Part shown: positions 23,036-33,197 of the stretch, piece after piece
Layout: each line of letters begins with the position of its first letter
How positions within the stretch are numbered: the first letter of the stretch is position 1
From: a bacterium
GTDB lineage: Bacteria; Patescibacteriota; Microgenomatia; Levybacterales; UBA12049
Direction: 5' to 3'
DNA length: 64,000 bases
Assembly: GCA_021824155.1 (NCBI GenBank)
Contig: JAKALN010000002.1
Coordinates: forward strand, 15,775-79,774
Translations under genes and position numbers: made by a program
The notes under the pieces: model-generated
What the model saw: only the letters and a program-made list of their open reading frames with translations
Database searches by the model: none
What the model was told of the DNA's origin: nothing

Positions 23036-24315
23036 AATATTTTCTTGCCTATTAAAATCTTCCTGGTTTCAAGCATTGCAGAGTAGGTAGGCAGGATAAA
23101 AAGGGTTTCTCCTTCCGGCACATTGTTTAGAGATACTTTTACAGCTTGGTCCAAATCTTCAAAAGTTTCGGATTTAAGCTCTGAATACTTTAGCCTTAAC
23201 GCCATATCATAAGCCCTGTCGCCTGAGGTAAATATTTTAATCTTTGAGTCTATTAAAATTTCGAAGTCAATGTCCCAAATCCATGATACATCCCTTCCAT
23301 CTGGAATCCTATCGTTAAGAATTATTAAAAGGTACTTTGCTTTAGCATCGTTTATTGTTCTTAAAGATTCATTGAAGCTTGTTGGATTTTTTGCAAGAAA
23401 AAACTTAATTTTTTTATCTTTGGCAATGATCTCTTCCTGCCTTCCAAAAGCAGGCTTGAAATTAATGAGAGATTTATTTATGTTATCTTCACTTATACCT
23501 GTATCTTTTGCAAAAAGAATCGCTGCCAAGACGTTATACATGTTATAAACACCTTCAAGAGGATGATTATTTGTTTTCTCTATGTCTAAAAGCGGTCTTT
23601 TAAGATTACAGTTTGGGCAAGACCAGTTTCCAAGATGAGAATAATAAACCGGGTTTAATTCCAGTTTAGACGAACATTTGGGACAGAGAGTGGAGTCTGC
23701 AGCGTTTTGGGGAATTTCGTTTTTTAAAGAAAGTTCATTCAAGCCAAAATATTGAACATTCATTCCCGGCTTCATTCCAAGATAAGCTATTCGGGGATCG
23801 TCGGCGTTTAGGATAAACTTGGTTTTGTCCTTAAGCTTTTCGTAAATTTGTGCCCAATTTTTTGAAATTGTGTTAACTTCTCCATATCTGTCCAATTGAT
23901 CCCTGAAAAGGTTAAGAGCAATTAGATAATCAGGCTTAATTTTTTGACTGATTTTTGTAAGCGCGTTTTCATCTATTTCAAATACCGCAAAATCTTTTCT
24001 AATTTTGCCAAAGATATCTGCTTCAATAACCAGAGAAGATGCGACACCGTTTAATAAATTTGCTCCCGATTGGTTTACAAAGACAGTTTTGCCGTTTTTT
24101 TCCAGAATTGTTTCTATAAGTTTTGCAGTTGTTGTTTTACCGTTTGTGCCGGTTACAAAAATAACTGTTGTTTTTGAATATTCAAGGATATCGGAAACAA
24201 AATCAGGATTTATGGAAAGGGCAATGTGTCCGGGCCACGTTGAGCCATTCCCAAGGTTTAAAGCCCCGCTTAAAAAAGATAAGAATTTTCCTATTAATAT
24301 TAACAATGTGTTCAT
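23032..24315 (-). CDS. murT: Lipid II isoglutaminyl synthase, Mur-ligase-like subunit MurT
   Basis: It has a Mur ligase central domain 'VTGTNGKTTTAKLI'. It has a Cys4 ribbon 'CPKC...CPNC' and a DUF1727-like C-terminus. It overlaps gatD by 4 nt. Confidence 0.9.
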   Translation of the reverse strand: MNTLLILIGKFLSFLSGALNLGNGSTWPGHIALSINPDFVSDILEYSKTTVIFVTGTNGKTTTAKLIETILEKNGKTVFVNQSGANLLNGVASSLVIEADIFGKIRKDFAVFEIDENALTKISQKIKPDYLIALNLFRDQLDRYGEVNTISKNWAQIYEKLKDKTKFILNADDPRIAYLGMKPGMNVQYFGLNELSLKNEIPQNAADSTLCPKCSSKLELNPVYYSHLGNWSCPNCNLKRPLLDIEKTNNHPLEGVYNMYNVLAAILFAKDTGISEDNINKSLINFKPAFGRQEEIIAKDKKIKFFLAKNPTSFNESLRTINDAKAKYLLIILNDRIPDGRDVSWIWDIDFEILIDSKIKIFTSGDRAYDMALRLKYSELKSETFEDLDQAVKVSLNNVPEGETLFILPTYSAMLETRKILIGKKIL

Positions 24316-24322
24316 TTAAGTA

Positions 24323-25225
24323 TTACATTTCCCGCAGAGCTTTTATTCTTTCTTCAACCGGAGGATGAGTATCAAATAGGGAAGCAAACCATGATTTTGC
24401 CGATTTGCCTTTAAAAGGGTTTACTATAAAAAGATGGGCCGTAGCATTATTGGCAGTTTTTAAAACGTTCGGGTCTTTTGAAATTTTTTCCAATGCGCTT
24501 GCTAATCCTTCGGGATACCTTGTTAATAAAGCTCCCGAAGCATCTGCCAAAAATTCTCTTTTTCTTGAAACAGCAAGTTGGATAAGAGTTGCTGCTATAG
24601 GTGAGAGTATTGCTAAAACAATTCCAATTACAAGAAACAAAGCTTGTATATTATTTCCTCTACTGTCTCTGTCTTCATTAAATCCTCCAAACCAAAGTTG
24701 TCTCATGAAAAGATTAGCCAAAATCGCAATAAACCCTACAAGAATTGCGACAACTCCCATGAGTCTTATATCATAGTTTTTGACGTGCGATAGTTCATGC
24801 GCAATTACTCCCTCAAGTTCGACATGGTCGAGTTTATTTAAGATTCCGCTGGTTACACAGACAACAGAGTGTTTGGGGTCCCTTCCCGTTGCAAAGGCGT
24901 TTGGCGACGGGTCATTTATTATATATATTTTAGGCATCGGAAGGCCATCTCCAATACATAAGTTTTCAACGGTCCTGAAAAGTTCGGGGTTGTCCGATTT
25001 TTTTATTTCTTTTGCTCCGGATGTTGCAAGTACCAGTTTATCCGAGTAATAATAGCTTCCGATGCTGGTAATTCCGGCAAAGACAAGAGCAAATCCTGCC
25101 AAAGAAAGTCCATAACCCATTGCTTTGCTGAAAACGTAAACAATGGTTGTAACAAAAATGACAAAAAAAAGCATTATCAGCCAAGTTTTTGTCTTATTTC
25201 CGGAAATAGACGAATAAACTTTCAT
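24323..25225 (-). CDS. htpX: Zinc metalloprotease HtpX (M48)
   Basis: It has N-terminal TM helices, 'HELSHVKNYD' (HExxH) and a downstream Glu. Confidence 0.9.
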   Translation of the reverse strand: MKVYSSISGNKTKTWLIMLFFVIFVTTIVYVFSKAMGYGLSLAGFALVFAGITSIGSYYYSDKLVLATSGAKEIKKSDNPELFRTVENLCIGDGLPMPKIYIINDPSPNAFATGRDPKHSVVCVTSGILNKLDHVELEGVIAHELSHVKNYDIRLMGVVAILVGFIAILANLFMRQLWFGGFNEDRDSRGNNIQALFLVIGIVLAILSPIAATLIQLAVSRKREFLADASGALLTRYPEGLASALEKISKDPNVLKTANNATAHLFIVNPFKGKSAKSWFASLFDTHPPVEERIKALREM

Positions 25226-25229
25226 CGAA

Positions 25230-25781
25230 TTAGAAACTTACTTTTACGGGTTTTTTCTCCTCGTCAGTTGCGCCGAAAAATTCTGCTTCTTTAAAATTTA
25301 ATAGTTTGCCTATAAAAACGTTAGGGAAGACTTGAAGTTTCGTGTTGTAATCTAAAACTGTACTGTTGTAGAACTGCCTTGCGTAAGCAATTTTATTTTC
25401 CGTGTCCGAAAGTTCATCCTGCAGTTCCATGAAATTCTGGCTTGCTTTAAGCTCGGGATAATTTTCTGCAACAGCAAAGATTGACTTCAGAGTTTCCGAA
25501 AGCTGATTATTTGCGGTAGCTTTTTCTGCCGCACCTTTTGCCGAAACAAGACTCGCTCTTTCTTCTGTTACTTTTTCAAAAAGTTCCTTTTCGTGTTTCG
25601 CATAACCCTTTACCGTTTCTACAAGATTGGGGATTAAGTCTGCTCTTCTCTTAAGCTGTACATCTATTTGGGAGAAAGCTTCGGAAACCCTCATTCTTGT
25701 TACAATAAGGCTGTTATACAAATACCAAACGAAGATAATAATGGCCGCAGCTATTACTATAAGGATAATTGTACTATTCAT
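25230..25781 (-). CDS. lemA: LemA family protein
   Basis: It has an N-terminal TM helix followed by '[43 protein letters not shown]'. Confidence 0.85.
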   Translation of the reverse strand: MNSTIILIVIAAAIIIFVWYLYNSLIVTRMRVSEAFSQIDVQLKRRADLIPNLVETVKGYAKHEKELFEKVTEERASLVSAKGAAEKATANNQLSETLKSIFAVAENYPELKASQNFMELQDELSDTENKIAYARQFYNSTVLDYNTKLQVFPNVFIGKLLNFKEAEFFGATDEEKKPVKVSF

Positions 25782-25794
25782 TGTTTCACCTCCT

Positions 25795-27567
25795 TTACTT
25801 TCTTAACCACTCCAGGAATTTATTATACGATAATGTATTGAGTATGTCACTTTTTGTAGCCCAACCGCGCTTTGCCATTGCGACTCCGTATTTCTGCAGA
25901 TACATTTGATCTTTCGCATGGCTGTCGGTATCTATAACCATTTTTACGTCTGAGCTTACGGCCATTCTTATTACAGAATCGGAAAGGTCGAGTCTTGCCG
26001 GCCAGCTGTTTATTTCCAGGGCTTTATTATTTTTTTTGCAAAATTCAAAAATTTTATCCCAGTTTAATTCATAACCCTGCCTCTCGTTAAGAAGCCTTCC
26101 TGTCGGGTGGGCGAGTATCTTAGCCTTTTTATGTGATAAACCGTTTATTACACGCTCTGTCATTTTATCTTTATCCATATTAAAGACACTATGGATTGAT
26201 ACAATTGCTCCATCCAATAAATCCAGAGATTTATCGTCAATTGCAAGCTTACCGTCCGGTAAAATATCTATTTCGAGCAATTTAAATATACGAGCATCTT
26301 TATTACTCGATAAAATATGTTCAATAGTTTCATTTCGTCTTGATATAAGTGAATAAATTTGTTCTTTAGTATGTTTGGATATGCTTGGATTGTGCTCAGA
26401 AAACCCTACATAATCGTAATTGAGGCTTTTGGCTGTTTCCAGCATTTCTTTAAAACTGCTGGTTCCCAAGTCATGGCTGGGTTCAATCGGAAAATTTGAA
26501 TGAAGGTGAAGGTCTCCCTTAATATCTTTAATTTCGACGACTTTAGGCAGTTTGCCTTCTGCCGCAAGTTCAATTTCCCCGGTATCTTCCCGCATTTCGG
26601 GGGGAATCCAGGGAAGACCCACTGCTTTATAAAAATCCTCTTCATTTTCATATTGTTCACTTTTCCATTTTCCGTCTTTTGATTTTCTTTTTATGCCGTA
26701 TTCCGAGAGGGAAAGTCCTTTTTTAAGAGCAAATTCCCTAAGATGAACGTTATGGTTTTTACTTCCCGTAAAATGCTGAAGTAATGCCCCGAAGCCTTCG
26801 GGCGGCTGAATAAGAAGGTCTATCTGTTTTCCTCCGGAGGCAAGAATGGAGGAGGAAACTGCTCCTTTTTCTATAACCCTGTCTATGTAAGGATATGCAG
26901 TAAAGTAATTCAATACTGCCTTGGGGTTTTTTGAGGCTACAGCTATATCGATATCACCAACTGTCGGCGAGCTTCTTCTAAGGCTTCCTAAGGGTTCTGC
27001 TCTTAGGACGTCTTCTGATTTTCTTAAATATTCAAGCATTTTGCCGGCTACTTCGGAAGCAAAAGGCAAAGTCATTCTTGTAGTTTTACCGCTTCCTTTT
27101 CTAAATTCGGAAATAGCCCTTAAGATGTCGCTCTGGGATTTTTCTCCAAAACCGGCAAGCGGTGCGATTTTTCCAATTTTTGCGACTTTTTCGAGGTCGT
27201 CTATAACGGTATCAGGATTCTTAAAGTTGAACTCTTTTACCAGTTTATATGCTTTTTTAGGTCCGAATGAAGGAATATCCAATAAAGGAAAAACGGCTTC
27301 CGGAATTCCGGAAAGGGCCCATTCATAATGTGAAACTTTTCCCTTCTTAAAAAGCTCTTCAAGTCTTGATTTAAGAGTGATTCCGATTCCGGGTATTTCA
27401 TCTAAGCGGCCTTCCCTGTAATAATCTTTTATTTCCGAAGTAAGGCCGCCGATTGCTTCCGCAGCCCTCTGGTAAGCGACAATTTGAAAATGAAATTTTT
27501 TTTCATCTTTAATTGTATAAGCTGCGGCGACGTTTTTTAATAATTTAGCGATTTCGGCGTTATTCAT
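25795..27567 (-). CDS. polX: DNA polymerase/3'-5' exonuclease PolX (Pol-beta-like domain plus PHP domain)
   Basis: '[22 protein letters not shown]...[13 protein letters not shown]' is the PolX N-terminus. The NTase motif '[17 protein letters not shown]' is present. The C-terminal PHP domain has 'LHLHSNF' and His-rich motifs. Confidence 0.9.
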   Translation of the reverse strand: MNNAEIAKLLKNVAAAYTIKDEKKFHFQIVAYQRAAEAIGGLTSEIKDYYREGRLDEIPGIGITLKSRLEELFKKGKVSHYEWALSGIPEAVFPLLDIPSFGPKKAYKLVKEFNFKNPDTVIDDLEKVAKIGKIAPLAGFGEKSQSDILRAISEFRKGSGKTTRMTLPFASEVAGKMLEYLRKSEDVLRAEPLGSLRRSSPTVGDIDIAVASKNPKAVLNYFTAYPYIDRVIEKGAVSSSILASGGKQIDLLIQPPEGFGALLQHFTGSKNHNVHLREFALKKGLSLSEYGIKRKSKDGKWKSEQYENEEDFYKAVGLPWIPPEMREDTGEIELAAEGKLPKVVEIKDIKGDLHLHSNFPIEPSHDLGTSSFKEMLETAKSLNYDYVGFSEHNPSISKHTKEQIYSLISRRNETIEHILSSNKDARIFKLLEIDILPDGKLAIDDKSLDLLDGAIVSIHSVFNMDKDKMTERVINGLSHKKAKILAHPTGRLLNERQGYELNWDKIFEFCKKNNKALEINSWPARLDLSDSVIRMAVSSDVKMVIDTDSHAKDQMYLQKYGVAMAKRGWATKSDILNTLSYNKFLEWLRK

Positions 27568-27613
27568 GGCAAAAAAATAATAACACTTCATCTTTTTTTA
27601 CACAAGCAAAGCA

Positions 27614-27642
27614 TTGACTATAGCTATACAATTTGTTAGGAT
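27614..27642 (+). promoter_or_regulatory. Candidate sigma70-type promoter for tRNA-Asp
   Basis: A TTGACT -35 box at 27614-27619 is followed by a 17-nt spacer and a TAGGAT -10-like box at 27637-27642. The tRNA starts 19 nt downstream. Confidence 0.35.
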
Positions 27643-27660
27643 ACTCTAAATCTTAAGTAG

Positions 27661-27735
27661 GGGGTGGTAGCTCAGTTTGGTTAGAGCGCTTCCCTGTCAC
27701 GGAAGAGGTCGCGGGTTCGAGTCCCGTTCACCCCG
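27661..27735 (+). tRNA. tRNA-Asp (anticodon GTC)
   Basis: It folds as a cloverleaf. The acceptor is GGGGTGG/TCACCCC, the D-stem GCTC/GAGC, the anticodon stem CTTCC/GGAAG with loop CTGTCAC, and the T-arm GCGGG-TTCGAGT-CCCGT. Confidence 0.9.
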
Positions 27736-27781
27736 CTTATACTTATAAATTCCTTACCTCTGTCCAGGAAGGAGGACAAAA

Positions 27782-28405
27782 ATGCCAAGAACAAAAAAAA
27801 CAGCAAAAAACAAAACTGCTTCCAAAAATATTGTTAAAAACAATATTTTTCCCGAAGTCAAATGGGGGGAATCATACACAAGCTTATTTTTAGGGATAGT
27901 AGTAGTTGTAGTTGCGGCAATTCTTGTTTTTTCTTTCCTAAAAGGAAGAAATTTTAACAAAACAACTTCAACCCAATCTACCTCAACAGCTTCTGCGACT
28001 GCGCAGCAGCAAGTGGGTGGTACAAAAATGCTCCCAAAAACTTACGAAGTTAAACCGGGAGACGATCTTTGGAGTATAGCCGAAAAAATTTACGGTTCGG
28101 GGTACAACTGGGTGGATTTGGCAAGCGCAAATAAATTAGAAGATCCCAATCTTTTATATTCAGGAACTAAGCTTATTGTTCCTAATGTAAAAACAAAGGA
28201 GATCACAGCGCCTTCTGCAGTGGTTGAGCAACCGGTGAATTCTATAACCGGAGTTACCTATACTGTTGAAAAAGGAGACTACCTTTGGGCAATTGCAATA
28301 AGAGCTTACGGAGACGGATACAAATGGGTTGAAATAGCGAAAGCTAACAATCTTGTAAATCCGGACATAATACATACGGGTAATGTATTAAAACTTCCCC
28401 GTTAA
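27782..28405 (+). CDS. Membrane-anchored LysM peptidoglycan-binding protein (two LysM domains)
   Basis: It has a basic N-terminus, one TM helix and an S/T/A/Q-rich linker. Two LysM repeats follow: 'YEVKPGDDLWSIAEKIYG...LIVP' and 'YTVEKGDYLWAIAIRAYG...LKLP'. Confidence 0.85.
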   Translation: MPRTKKTAKNKTASKNIVKNNIFPEVKWGESYTSLFLGIVVVVVAAILVFSFLKGRNFNKTTSTQSTSTASATAQQQVGGTKMLPKTYEVKPGDDLWSIAEKIYGSGYNWVDLASANKLEDPNLLYSGTKLIVPNVKTKEITAPSAVVEQPVNSITGVTYTVEKGDYLWAIAIRAYGDGYKWVEIAKANNLVNPDIIHTGNVLKLPR

Positions 28406-28460
28406 CTTATTGTAAAAGGGATAAAGGCCTTATTGAATGGGTGGTACAATACCGCAATAA

Positions 28461-28492
28461 TTGACGTATCCATTAGTGAATTATGCTAAAAT
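28461..28492 (+). promoter_or_regulatory. Sigma70-type promoter with an extended -10 box, for tRNA-Gly
   Basis: A TTGACG -35 box at 28461-28466 is followed by a 17-nt spacer, TG at 28484-28485 and TAAAAT at 28487-28492. The tRNA begins at 28502. Confidence 0.55.
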
Positions 28493-28501
28493 AGTTCACA
28501 T

Positions 28502-28573
28502 GCGGATGTAGTTCAGTGGTAGAATGTCTCCTTCCCAAGGAGAAGGTCACCGGTTCGAATCCGGCCATCCGCT
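28502..28573 (+). tRNA. tRNA-Gly (anticodon CCC)
   Basis: The acceptor is GCGGATG/CATCCGC and the anticodon stem TCTCC/GGAGA with loop TTCCCAA. The T-loop is TTCGAAT and the discriminator is U. Confidence 0.9.
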
Positions 28574-28724
28574 CAGGACAACTTCCGTTGCGAGTTCCCG
28601 CCTGCATTGCCTTTTGGCAAAACCGATGGCGGGCAGGGATTCACGTATCCCAGCTCAATTTAAACTGACTACAAAAAAGCTTACCGGTTTTAGTCCGGCC
28701 TTTTCGTTTGTATAAAATTTATTA

Positions 28725-28753
28725 TTGACCTTTTGAAAGTATTCTGATATCAT
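28725..28753 (+). promoter_or_regulatory. Candidate sigma70 promoter for pyrG
   Basis: A TTGACC -35 box at 28725-28730 is followed by a 17-nt spacer and a TATCAT -10 box at 28748-28753. The GTG start of pyrG is at 28759, so the leader is very short. Confidence 0.4.
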
Positions 28754-28758
28754 AAATC

Positions 28759-30429
28759 GTGCCCTCTAGTAATATTAAAAAAACAAAATACATATTTGTT
28801 TCCGGAGGAGTAATATCCGGAATAGGTAAAGGAACTACTGCCGCTTCCATAGCTCTTCTTCTTAAATCTGCGGGTTATAAGGTAAATCCTATTAAGTTTG
28901 AGAATTATCTGAATCTTGACGCGGGTACAATAAATCCTATAGAGCATGGAGACCCATTTTTATGCGAAGACGGAACAGAGGCAGATATGGATATCGGCAG
29001 CTATGAGAAGTTTTTGAATGAGAATATGGGTAAAAATAACTTCGTAACAATGGGACAAATTTACAAAACCGTTATAGACAGGGAAAGAAGATTTGAGTAT
29101 GACGGGGAAGATGTAGAAGCAATTCCCTATATCACAAATGAGATTATTCACCGAGTAGAAAATGCCGGAAAGGTAAACAATGCGGATATAGTAATTATAG
29201 AACTGGGCGGTACGGCAGGTGAATATCAAAACGTATTTTATTACGAAGCATCAAGGATGATGACTTTAAAAAAGCCGGGGGACGTAATTCATGTGCATGT
29301 GAGCTATGTCCCTACTCCGGGACATTTGGGAGAACCCAAAACTAAGCCGACCCAGCTTTCGGTAAGGACGTTAAATTCAATGGGAATTCAGCCCGATTTT
29401 GTAATCACCCGGTCGTCAAAATTTTTAGATGAGAGAAGAAAAGACAGGCTTGCGCTATTTTGCAACATGCACAAAGATGACGTAATTTCCAGCCCCGACT
29501 TAAATTCTGTTTACGAAATTCCTCTGGTCTTAAAAAAACAGGGTTTAGATAAGAAAATACTAAAAAAATTGGGACTGAGGCAAAGAGTTGCAAATCTTAA
29601 AGAATGGGAAAACATGATTGATAAAATGAAGCACGTAAAAAAAGAAGTAGAAATCGCGATTGTGGGAAAATATTTTGGAACGGGAGAATACCAGCTAAGA
29701 GATTCCTATGCGGCGCTTTTTGATGCGATTGACCATGCATCATGGGAAAGCGGGGTAAAAGTAAAAACACATTGGGTAGATGCTGAAAAAATTGAAAAAG
29801 AGGGGGCGGAGAAAATAATAGGAAAAGTAAATGGAATTATTGTTCCGATAGGATGGGGAGAGCGCGGAGCGGAGGGGATGATTCAGGCTGCAAGTTATGC
29901 GAGAAACAAAAAAATTCCTTATCTTGGTCTTTGTTACGGAATGCAGCTTGCGGCAGTTTCTTTTGCCAGAGACGTATTGGGTTTAAAAAATGCAAATACT
30001 GTAGAAAACGACCCGGAAACAAAAAATCCGGTAATTCATTTTATTCCAAACCAAAAAGAACTTATGGAAAGAAGAGCTTACGGGGGAACGATGAGGCTAG
30101 GCGGTTGGGAAGCTAAAGTTAAAAAAGGGACCATGGCTTATAAGATTTACGAAAAATATAATAGTTTCTTAAATAAAAATAAGTCCATTATCAGCGAAAG
30201 ACATAGACATAGATATGAATTTAACGATGTTTTTTCAAAACAGTTCGAGGAAAAGGGAATGATTATAAGCGCAAGATCCGTAATAGAAAACCTTGCGGAA
30301 ATAATAGAAATTCCAAAAACCGAGCATCCGTTTTATTTCGGTACGCAGGGTCATCCGGAGTATAAAAGCAGGCCTTTATCACCCCACCCTATTTTTATCG
30401 AATTTATAAAGGCCGCGGCGGAAAACTAA
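28759..30429 (+). CDS. pyrG: CTP synthase
   Basis: 'KYIFVSGGVISGIGKG' opens the synthetase domain. The C-terminal GATase has 'LGLCYGMQ' with the catalytic Cys. The start is GTG. Confidence 0.95.
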   Translation: MPSSNIKKTKYIFVSGGVISGIGKGTTAASIALLLKSAGYKVNPIKFENYLNLDAGTINPIEHGDPFLCEDGTEADMDIGSYEKFLNENMGKNNFVTMGQIYKTVIDRERRFEYDGEDVEAIPYITNEIIHRVENAGKVNNADIVIIELGGTAGEYQNVFYYEASRMMTLKKPGDVIHVHVSYVPTPGHLGEPKTKPTQLSVRTLNSMGIQPDFVITRSSKFLDERRKDRLALFCNMHKDDVISSPDLNSVYEIPLVLKKQGLDKKILKKLGLRQRVANLKEWENMIDKMKHVKKEVEIAIVGKYFGTGEYQLRDSYAALFDAIDHASWESGVKVKTHWVDAEKIEKEGAEKIIGKVNGIIVPIGWGERGAEGMIQAASYARNKKIPYLGLCYGMQLAAVSFARDVLGLKNANTVENDPETKNPVIHFIPNQKELMERRAYGGTMRLGGWEAKVKKGTMAYKIYEKYNSFLNKNKSIISERHRHRYEFNDVFSKQFEEKGMIISARSVIENLAEIIEIPKTEHPFYFGTQGHPEYKSRPLSPHPIFIEFIKAAAEN

Positions 30430-30469
30430 ACGATTGTCAAGCTCCGAATTTTAAGATATAATATGCTTT

Positions 30470-30757
30470 ATGTTAAATACGGTTAATTTTGTTCCCGGTG
30501 ATATTATAAGAGTTCACCAAAAAATAAAAGAAGGCGAAAAAACGCGAATTCAGGTTTTTGAAGGTGTAGTTTTAAAAATTAAAGGAAGAACCGGAAATAA
30601 AACTTTTACGGTCAGAAAAAATGTAGGAACTGTGGCCGTCGAGAGAATATTTCCCGTTAATACTCCTAATATAGATAAGGTTGAAGTTAAGGGCCATCTT
30701 AAAGAAAAAACAAGAAGGGCGAAATTATATTTCCTTCGGGAAAAAAAGAACAACTAA
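30470..30757 (+). CDS. rplS: 50S ribosomal protein L19
   Basis: '[25 protein letters not shown]...[14 protein letters not shown]' is the L19 signature. Confidence 0.9.
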   Translation: MLNTVNFVPGDIIRVHQKIKEGEKTRIQVFEGVVLKIKGRTGNKTFTVRKNVGTVAVERIFPVNTPNIDKVEVKGHLKEKTRRAKLYFLREKKNN

Positions 30758-30767
30758 TTTTCACTAA

Positions 30768-31133
30768 ATGAGGATTTCTAATCCTACTGCCAAAAAAGGA
30801 GAGGATCTCGCCGCCAAATATCTTCAAAACCACGGTTACAAAATCATTGAGAGAAACTTCAGAAAAGGTTATGGAGAAATAGATATTATTTGCTTAAAAG
30901 ATAATACTTTGATTTTTGTTGAGGTAAAGACAAGAACTACAGAAGCTTTTGGGGGAGTAAGGGAATCAATATCCGGATTTAAAATCCGAAAACTGATTCA
31001 AACTGCGCAGTTCTATAAAATGATCCACTCAAATCTTCCGGAACTGCTTCGCATAGATGCAATATTAATAGACCTAAACGGAATAAATAAAGTTGAAAAT
31101 ATGGAACACATAGAGAACATCAGTCAATTTTAA
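30768..31133 (+). CDS. yraN: YraN/UPF0102 family endonuclease
   Basis: 'GEDLAAKYLQNHGYKIIERNFRKGYGEIDIICLKDNTLIFVEVKTR' is the YraN signature. Confidence 0.85.
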   Translation: MRISNPTAKKGEDLAAKYLQNHGYKIIERNFRKGYGEIDIICLKDNTLIFVEVKTRTTEAFGGVRESISGFKIRKLIQTAQFYKMIHSNLPELLRIDAILIDLNGINKVENMEHIENISQF

Positions 31134-33108
31134 GGTGGCGGATTTGGTCCCGGAGGATTGTTGCAGTTTCAAAATCAAGCTCCTTTGCGGCTTTTCGCAT
31201 TTCCTTGCCCAGGTTTTTTATAAGTTTTTCGCGTTCATCGGGAAGTATCACTTCTTTTTTACTCAGCGTTAAAAGAAAATTCATCTCTTCTTTCTCTTTT
31301 TGTTCTTGTATAAGTTTTGCACGGACCGATTTTTCTATCCCTTTTGGAGTTATGTGGTGCTTTTTGTTGTAAGTTATTTGGATTTCTCTTCTTCTTTCCA
31401 CTTCTTTTATTGCAGCGTCCATAGAGCCGGTTACGCTGTTTGCATACATGATTACTTCCGCTTCAAGGTGTCTGGCTGCTCTTCCCATAGTCTGGATCAA
31501 AGACGTTTTGCTTCTTAAAAATCCTTCTTTGTCTGCATCTAAAATCGCAACCAAAGAAACTTCCGGCAGGTCAAGCCCTTCTCTTAAAAGGTTTATTCCC
31601 ACAAGAACATCATATTCACCAAGCCTTAATCTATCCAAAACATCCTGTCTTTCCAGAGTTTCAACATCGGAGTGTAAATAAGAAACTTTAATGTCCCTTT
31701 CTTCAAGATAGGAAGATAAATCTTCTGCCATTCTTTTTGTTAAAGTGGTGACTAAAACTCTTTGTTTTTTCTTAACCCTTTTTTGGATTTCGCTTATTAA
31801 ATCTTCTATCTGTCCTTTTGTAGGTTTAATTGTGATTTTCGGGTCAACAAGACCGGTGGGTCTTATAAGCTGTTCTATAATACTGTCCGATTCTTTTGCA
31901 AGAGAAAGTTCATAATCGTCCGGTGTTGCGCTGACATAGACATTCTGGTTTATTCTTTGCATAAATTCTTTGTATTTTAACGGTCTGTTGTCCAAAGCCG
32001 ATGGGAGTCTAAAACCATATTCAATTAGAGTTTCCTTTCTTGATCTGTCTCCGTTGTACATTCCTCTGATTTGGGGAACCGTAATATGTGATTCATCTAT
32101 TACCGTAAGAAAATCAGGGGAACATTCCCGGAAGAAGTTTAATAAGGTATAGGGGGGCTCTCCCGGTTTTCTCCCGTCAAAATACCTGGAATAATTTTCT
32201 ATTCCGTTGACATATCCTAATTCCTGGATCATTTCCAAATCGTAATTGGTTCTCTGGGAAAGCCTATGCGCCTCAAGTATTTTTCCTTTTTTGTTAAGTT
32301 CAAATACCCTTTTTTCCATGTCTTCCCTGATTTTAGGAAAAACGTCTTTGTATGTGTCCGGATTGGTCATATAATGCTTTGCCGGATAAATTATTGTTGC
32401 GTCAATTGCTCCTGATATATTTCCCGTCAGAGGGTCAAATTCGTAGATATTTTTTATCAAATTATTGCTTAGTTCAATTCTGACCCCGTTATCCAGGTAT
32501 GCCGGAAATAAGTCTATATCTTCTCCTCTTACTCTAAATGTTCCACGTTTAAATCCGTAGTCATTTCTTTCGTACTGGAGGTCGGAAAGTCTTAACAAAA
32601 TACTTTTCTGGTCAATTTTAACTCCCTTTTTTATTTCCATAACAAATTTTCCGTATTCCATAGGGGAGCCAAGGTTATAAATGCAGGATACGGAAGCAAC
32701 TACGATTACGTCTTTTCTTGTCAAAAGGTTTGTTGTTGCAGAGAGCCTTAGCTTATCTATTTCTTCGTTAATTTCAACCTCTTTTTCAATATAAGTGTCG
32801 CTGTGGGGAATATAAGCCTCAGGCTGATAATAATCGTAATAAGATACAAAGTAACAAACAGCATTGTCCGGAAAAAAATCCCTAAACTCCTGATAAAGCT
32901 GTCCCGCCAGGGTTTTATTGTGTGAAATTACAAGGGTGGGTTTTTGTATATTCTGTATGACGTTTGCCATTGTAAACGTTTTTCCGCTGCCGGTTACGCC
33001 AAGCAATACCTGGTGTTTATTATTTTTTTCGATGCTTTGCGTGAGCTTATCAATAGCCTGGGGCTGATCACCGGTAGGTTTGAAATCCGATTTAAGTTTA
33101 AATTTCAT
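31120..33108 (-). CDS. uvrB: Excinuclease ABC subunit B
   Basis: 'FKPTGDQPQAI', 'LGVTGSGKTFTMANVI' and the helicase motifs are present. The UvrB/UvrC interaction motif 'ELDFETATILRDQI' lies at the C-terminus. Confidence 0.95.
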   Translation of the reverse strand: MKFKLKSDFKPTGDQPQAIDKLTQSIEKNNKHQVLLGVTGSGKTFTMANVIQNIQKPTLVISHNKTLAGQLYQEFRDFFPDNAVCYFVSYYDYYQPEAYIPHSDTYIEKEVEINEEIDKLRLSATTNLLTRKDVIVVASVSCIYNLGSPMEYGKFVMEIKKGVKIDQKSILLRLSDLQYERNDYGFKRGTFRVRGEDIDLFPAYLDNGVRIELSNNLIKNIYEFDPLTGNISGAIDATIIYPAKHYMTNPDTYKDVFPKIREDMEKRVFELNKKGKILEAHRLSQRTNYDLEMIQELGYVNGIENYSRYFDGRKPGEPPYTLLNFFRECSPDFLTVIDESHITVPQIRGMYNGDRSRKETLIEYGFRLPSALDNRPLKYKEFMQRINQNVYVSATPDDYELSLAKESDSIIEQLIRPTGLVDPKITIKPTKGQIEDLISEIQKRVKKKQRVLVTTLTKRMAEDLSSYLEERDIKVSYLHSDVETLERQDVLDRLRLGEYDVLVGINLLREGLDLPEVSLVAILDADKEGFLRSKTSLIQTMGRAARHLEAEVIMYANSVTGSMDAAIKEVERRREIQITYNKKHHITPKGIEKSVRAKLIQEQKEKEEMNFLLTLSKKEVILPDEREKLIKNLGKEMRKAAKELDFETATILRDQIRHLKID

Positions 33109-33130
33109 AGGTAAACTATTTTAACACAGA

Positions 33131-33145
33131 ATTCTAATATTGAAC
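33131..33145 (-). promoter_or_regulatory. Candidate SOS operator GTTCAATATTAGAAT, placed directly downstream of a TATAAT box of the uvrB promoter
   Basis: On the minus strand a TATAAT box (33159..33154) is followed 8 nt later by GTTC-N7-GAAT. The same GTTC-N7-GAAC element sits in the same position at uvrA (50833..50847). Confidence 0.35.
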
Positions 33146-33167
33146 CAGTTTGTATTATATTGTTTTC

Positions 33168-33197
33168 TTGACAAAGTTCCACTTTTTTTCGTATAAA
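33168..33197 (+). promoter_or_regulatory. Candidate sigma70 promoter for lexA
   Basis: A TTGACA -35 box at 33168-33173 is followed by an 18-nt spacer and a TATAAA -10 box at 33192-33197. The lexA ATG is at 33238. Confidence 0.45.
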
